Below are positions 23,521 to 24,000 of a stretch of DNA of 24,000 bases, piece after piece. The stretch's first letter is position 1. Every line of letters starts with the position of its first letter. The translations under genes were made by a program, and so were the position numbers. Source of the DNA: Candidatus Scatomonas sp. (lineage in GTDB: Bacteria > Bacillota > Clostridia > Lachnospirales > Lachnospiraceae); NCBI GenBank assembly GCA_963930955.1, contig OZ006967.1, positions 590,398-614,397 of the forward strand. The letters run 5' to 3'. The notes below the pieces were generated by a model. The model had not been told where the DNA came from, did not search any database, and saw only the letters and a list, made by a program, of their open reading frames with translations.

Positions 23521-24000
23521 TATCTTCTTCTCCTCCTGATCCAGATAAAGAATCCTGCTCCCAGAAAAGCAGCGGGTATAATGATCATGACCACAGTTCT
23601 CCAGAATACCGCTGACTGCTGGGTATAGCTCAGATAGCTGACCGAAAGGCTTTTAACAGGAATAGAAATGCTTTCGCTTTCCTGTATATTGCAAAGGCCG
23701 GTAATCACTTTGGTCAGCAGTTCAGAGTTTCCTTCCATGACTAATTCGTCATAGCTGTCATTTGCCAGGGTAGTGCTGGAAAAATAAACCAGTTCTGCTT
23801 CCTCCTGGTTATCCAGGGTTTCCGATACGGAAACTCCCACCGTAAAGGATCCTGTTTCATCCCCATCCTCCTTCTGGAAGGAGATCATTCCGTCTTCTAC
23901 CTGTTTCAGATATCCGCTCTCTGTTGTAGAAAGCAGAGAAGTAATTGTCAGACTGTCACGATAAGAATCAATCGGCCGGATTGCCTGGGCGTCCTGCATG
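23520..24000 (-). CDS. GldG-like ABC-transporter auxiliary protein (ABC_transp_aux), C-terminal part only
   Basis: The track ORF 23520..23999 is open to the window edge. It ends with a TM helix and a basic tail (VVMIIIPAAFLGAGFFIWIRRRRR), as in GldG-family proteins. Its stop overlaps the DUF4340 start. The call rests on that C-terminal architecture and gene context. Confidence 0.55.
   Translation of the reverse strand, partial: MQDAQAIRPIDSYRDSLTITSLLSTTESGYLKQVEDGMISFQKEDGDETGSFTVGVSVSETLDNQEEAELVYFSSTTLANDSYDELVMEGNSELLTKVITGLCNIQESESISIPVKSLSVSYLSYTQQSAVFWRTVVMIIIPAAFLGAGFFIWIRRRRR

Overview
The window looks like chromosomal DNA from a Clostridia or Lachnospiraceae-like Firmicute. That assignment is inferred from gene content and RBS style, not tested. 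It has three parts. (1) Positions 1-3440 are a decayed mobile-element remnant. It holds an intact dinJ-type antitoxin next to a frameshifted yafQ-type toxin, a broken DUF1273/SLOG gene, an intact DUF4143 AAA ATPase, and a single ORF that fuses a class B sortase fragment to an internally deleted dUTPase. (2) Positions ~5.0-16.2 kb are a visibly more GC-rich block. It carries araC-type regulator/lacZ, a BaxI-like membrane protein, a tandem glycine riboswitch in front of an alanine/glycine:cation symporter, an M20 amidohydrolase, and a DUF4358-MBOAT-DHHW envelope O-acylation module. (3) Positions 16.3-24 kb are an origin-proximal housekeeping run: DUF3881, serS, DUF4446, parB, parA with two perfect parS sites, then an alpha/beta hydrolase and DUF4340 plus a GldG-like ABC accessory gene. 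The most unusual signal is a hairpin repeat family with CGTCAGTGTACAAGGGG arms at three loci. One member is 283 bp, non-coding and highly structured, and sits inside the 3' end of a DUF1287 gene. Removing it exactly restores that gene's C-terminus. I found no CRISPR array, rRNA or tRNA, no intact transposase or integrase, and no recognisable defence operon. No multi-gene novel system is evident.
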